Positions 63,173-64,000 of a stretch of DNA of 64,000 bases are shown piece by piece. The stretch's first letter is position 1, and each line of letters begins with the position of its first letter. The stretch is from a virus, in IMG/VR virus record IMGVR_UViG_3300045974_000283, positions 113,838 to 177,837 of that record. The stretch is one strand, 5' to 3'. The position numbers and the translations under genes were made by a program. The notes beneath the pieces were generated by a model that was given only the letters and a program-made list of their open reading frames with translations, searched no databases and had not been told where the DNA came from.

Positions 63173-63178
63173 GTTAAT
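63173..63178 (+). promoter_or_regulatory. GTTAAT putative phage promoter box
   Basis: Intergenic CCGGTTAATAGG, 38 nt before ATG 63211. Confidence 0.6.
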
Positions 63179-63210
63179 AGGCCGGGCTTCACCATCACAA
63201 CATCACCATC

Positions 63211-64000
63211 ATGGCAACAGGCAAACTACGATCTCACGTCGCTTCCGCTCAGAAGGGCGACTACGTTCTCATCTCGTTGGACACGGATGAGGATGGCGTG
63301 GACGGTACGCATATCCCCGTCAAGATTCACAAAATCTCTGACAGCAAGATCCAAGCGCACGAGGCCAAGTCGGGCCATTGGAACCGTGAACGCCAGACGT
63401 TCATCGTGACCAAGGACCGCATCGTCGCCAACTTCGGATCGAAGCCGCTCAAGCTGATGGTCAGCGGCACGAACTTCAACGAAATCTTCGACAAGCACAC
63501 GCACCAACATCCGATCTTCGGCGCTCTGAATTTTTCGTTCGAGCCCGACGAGGACCAGCTCAAGCATCTGGTCGCCGGGTACACCAAGTCTTTCAAGTGG
63601 CTGAAGTCGGCTGGCCTCGCTTCGCTTCCGGAACTTCCGCTCGTGCATGAGATCACGCATCTGCCGCACAAGTACGTCGGACAGGTTCGGGCTTCACGGG
63701 CGCTCAGTTCAGACAAGCCCACGTTCATCCGGTTCTGCCCCACGCACAAAAACCTTCAAGACCCAGCGGAATTGTTCTACGTCGTCATGCACGAGCTGGC
63801 TCACGTCATCGACCTGAACGTCTTGCAGCCCGGCAGTCCCAAGTTGACGGCCGCGTGGATTCGCATGTTCGAGCGCACCGTGGAAGCCAAGACGCTGGCG
63901 CAGGACACGGTCGATGAGATCTACGAAGCCTTAACCTCCACCGTGGACTTCAAGGGTTTCAAGTCGACCCTCAACGAGGAGACGACGGAAGCCGCCAAGC
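63211..64000 (+). CDS. 3'-truncated protein with HExxH zincin-like motif
   Basis: Not in the ORF track because it has no stop in the window. Open from ATG 63211 (MATGKLRSH...); VMHELAHVID near 63784-63813. Confidence 0.75.
   Translation, partial: MATGKLRSHVASAQKGDYVLISLDTDEDGVDGTHIPVKIHKISDSKIQAHEAKSGHWNRERQTFIVTKDRIVANFGSKPLKLMVSGTNFNEIFDKHTHQHPIFGALNFSFEPDEDQLKHLVAGYTKSFKWLKSAGLASLPELPLVHEITHLPHKYVGQVRASRALSSDKPTFIRFCPTHKNLQDPAELFYVVMHELAHVIDLNVLQPGSPKLTAAWIRMFERTVEAKTLAQDTVDEIYEALTSTVDFKGFKSTLNEETTEAAK

Noticed and set aside
285-63749. Many long - strand ORFs (e.g. 285-1736, 4916-6379, 17867-19627, 32403-33683, 38843-39958)
   Set aside because: Each lies antisense to a motif-bearing + strand gene and has no motifs of its own; strong GC3 bias removes stops on the opposite strand.
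1-64000. tRNA, rRNA, integrase or transposase genes
   Set aside because: None recognised; intergenic gaps are mostly too short and show no cloverleaf or TTCGA-type tRNA context. A tRNAscan run would be decisive.

Overview
This window is 64 kb of a GC-rich (about 60%) large or jumbo tailed-phage genome. All credible genes (about 88) lie on the + strand and are tightly packed, many with ATGA/GTGA stop-start overlaps; the long - strand ORFs are codon-bias shadows. Layout: (1) 1-13.2 kb, head/virion module with a putative assemblin-type prohead protease and a small HNH nuclease; (2) 14.9-19.5 kb, a 1526-aa SNF2 ATPase; (3) 21.5-25.1 kb, Cas4-like and 5'-3' nucleases; (4) 25.2-34.3 kb, a thymine-replacement/hypermodification cluster: dUMP hydroxymethylase-type ThyA paralogue, HD nucleotidase, aGPT-Pplase/HMUDK-helical protein, TAGT/JGT-like GT-A, radical SAM-SPASM enzyme, two GT-B enzymes and a sulfotransferase-fold protein; (5) 34.8-38 kb, SWIM protein, a sigma factor without region 4, a histone H1-like protein and a dimeric dUTPase; (6) 38.4-53.6 kb, replication/recombination genes (SSB, RecA, SbcD, clamp loader, SbcC) and a family A DNA polymerase split into two genes with four ORFs between the halves; (7) 53.6-64 kb, accessory genes, DenV, primase, spanins, Nudix. 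Best leads: a possibly new glyco/sulfo-modified 5hmU DNA base pathway; a split PolA whose halves carry complementary helical zipper-like extensions; a modular head polyprotein with regularly spaced V-x-A-(A/S) linkers; and a GTTAAT single-box promoter that pairs plausibly with the truncated sigma factor. No searches were run. Family calls come from motif recognition, and resemblance to RSL1/Lu11/PaBG-type jumbo phages is an unverified impression.
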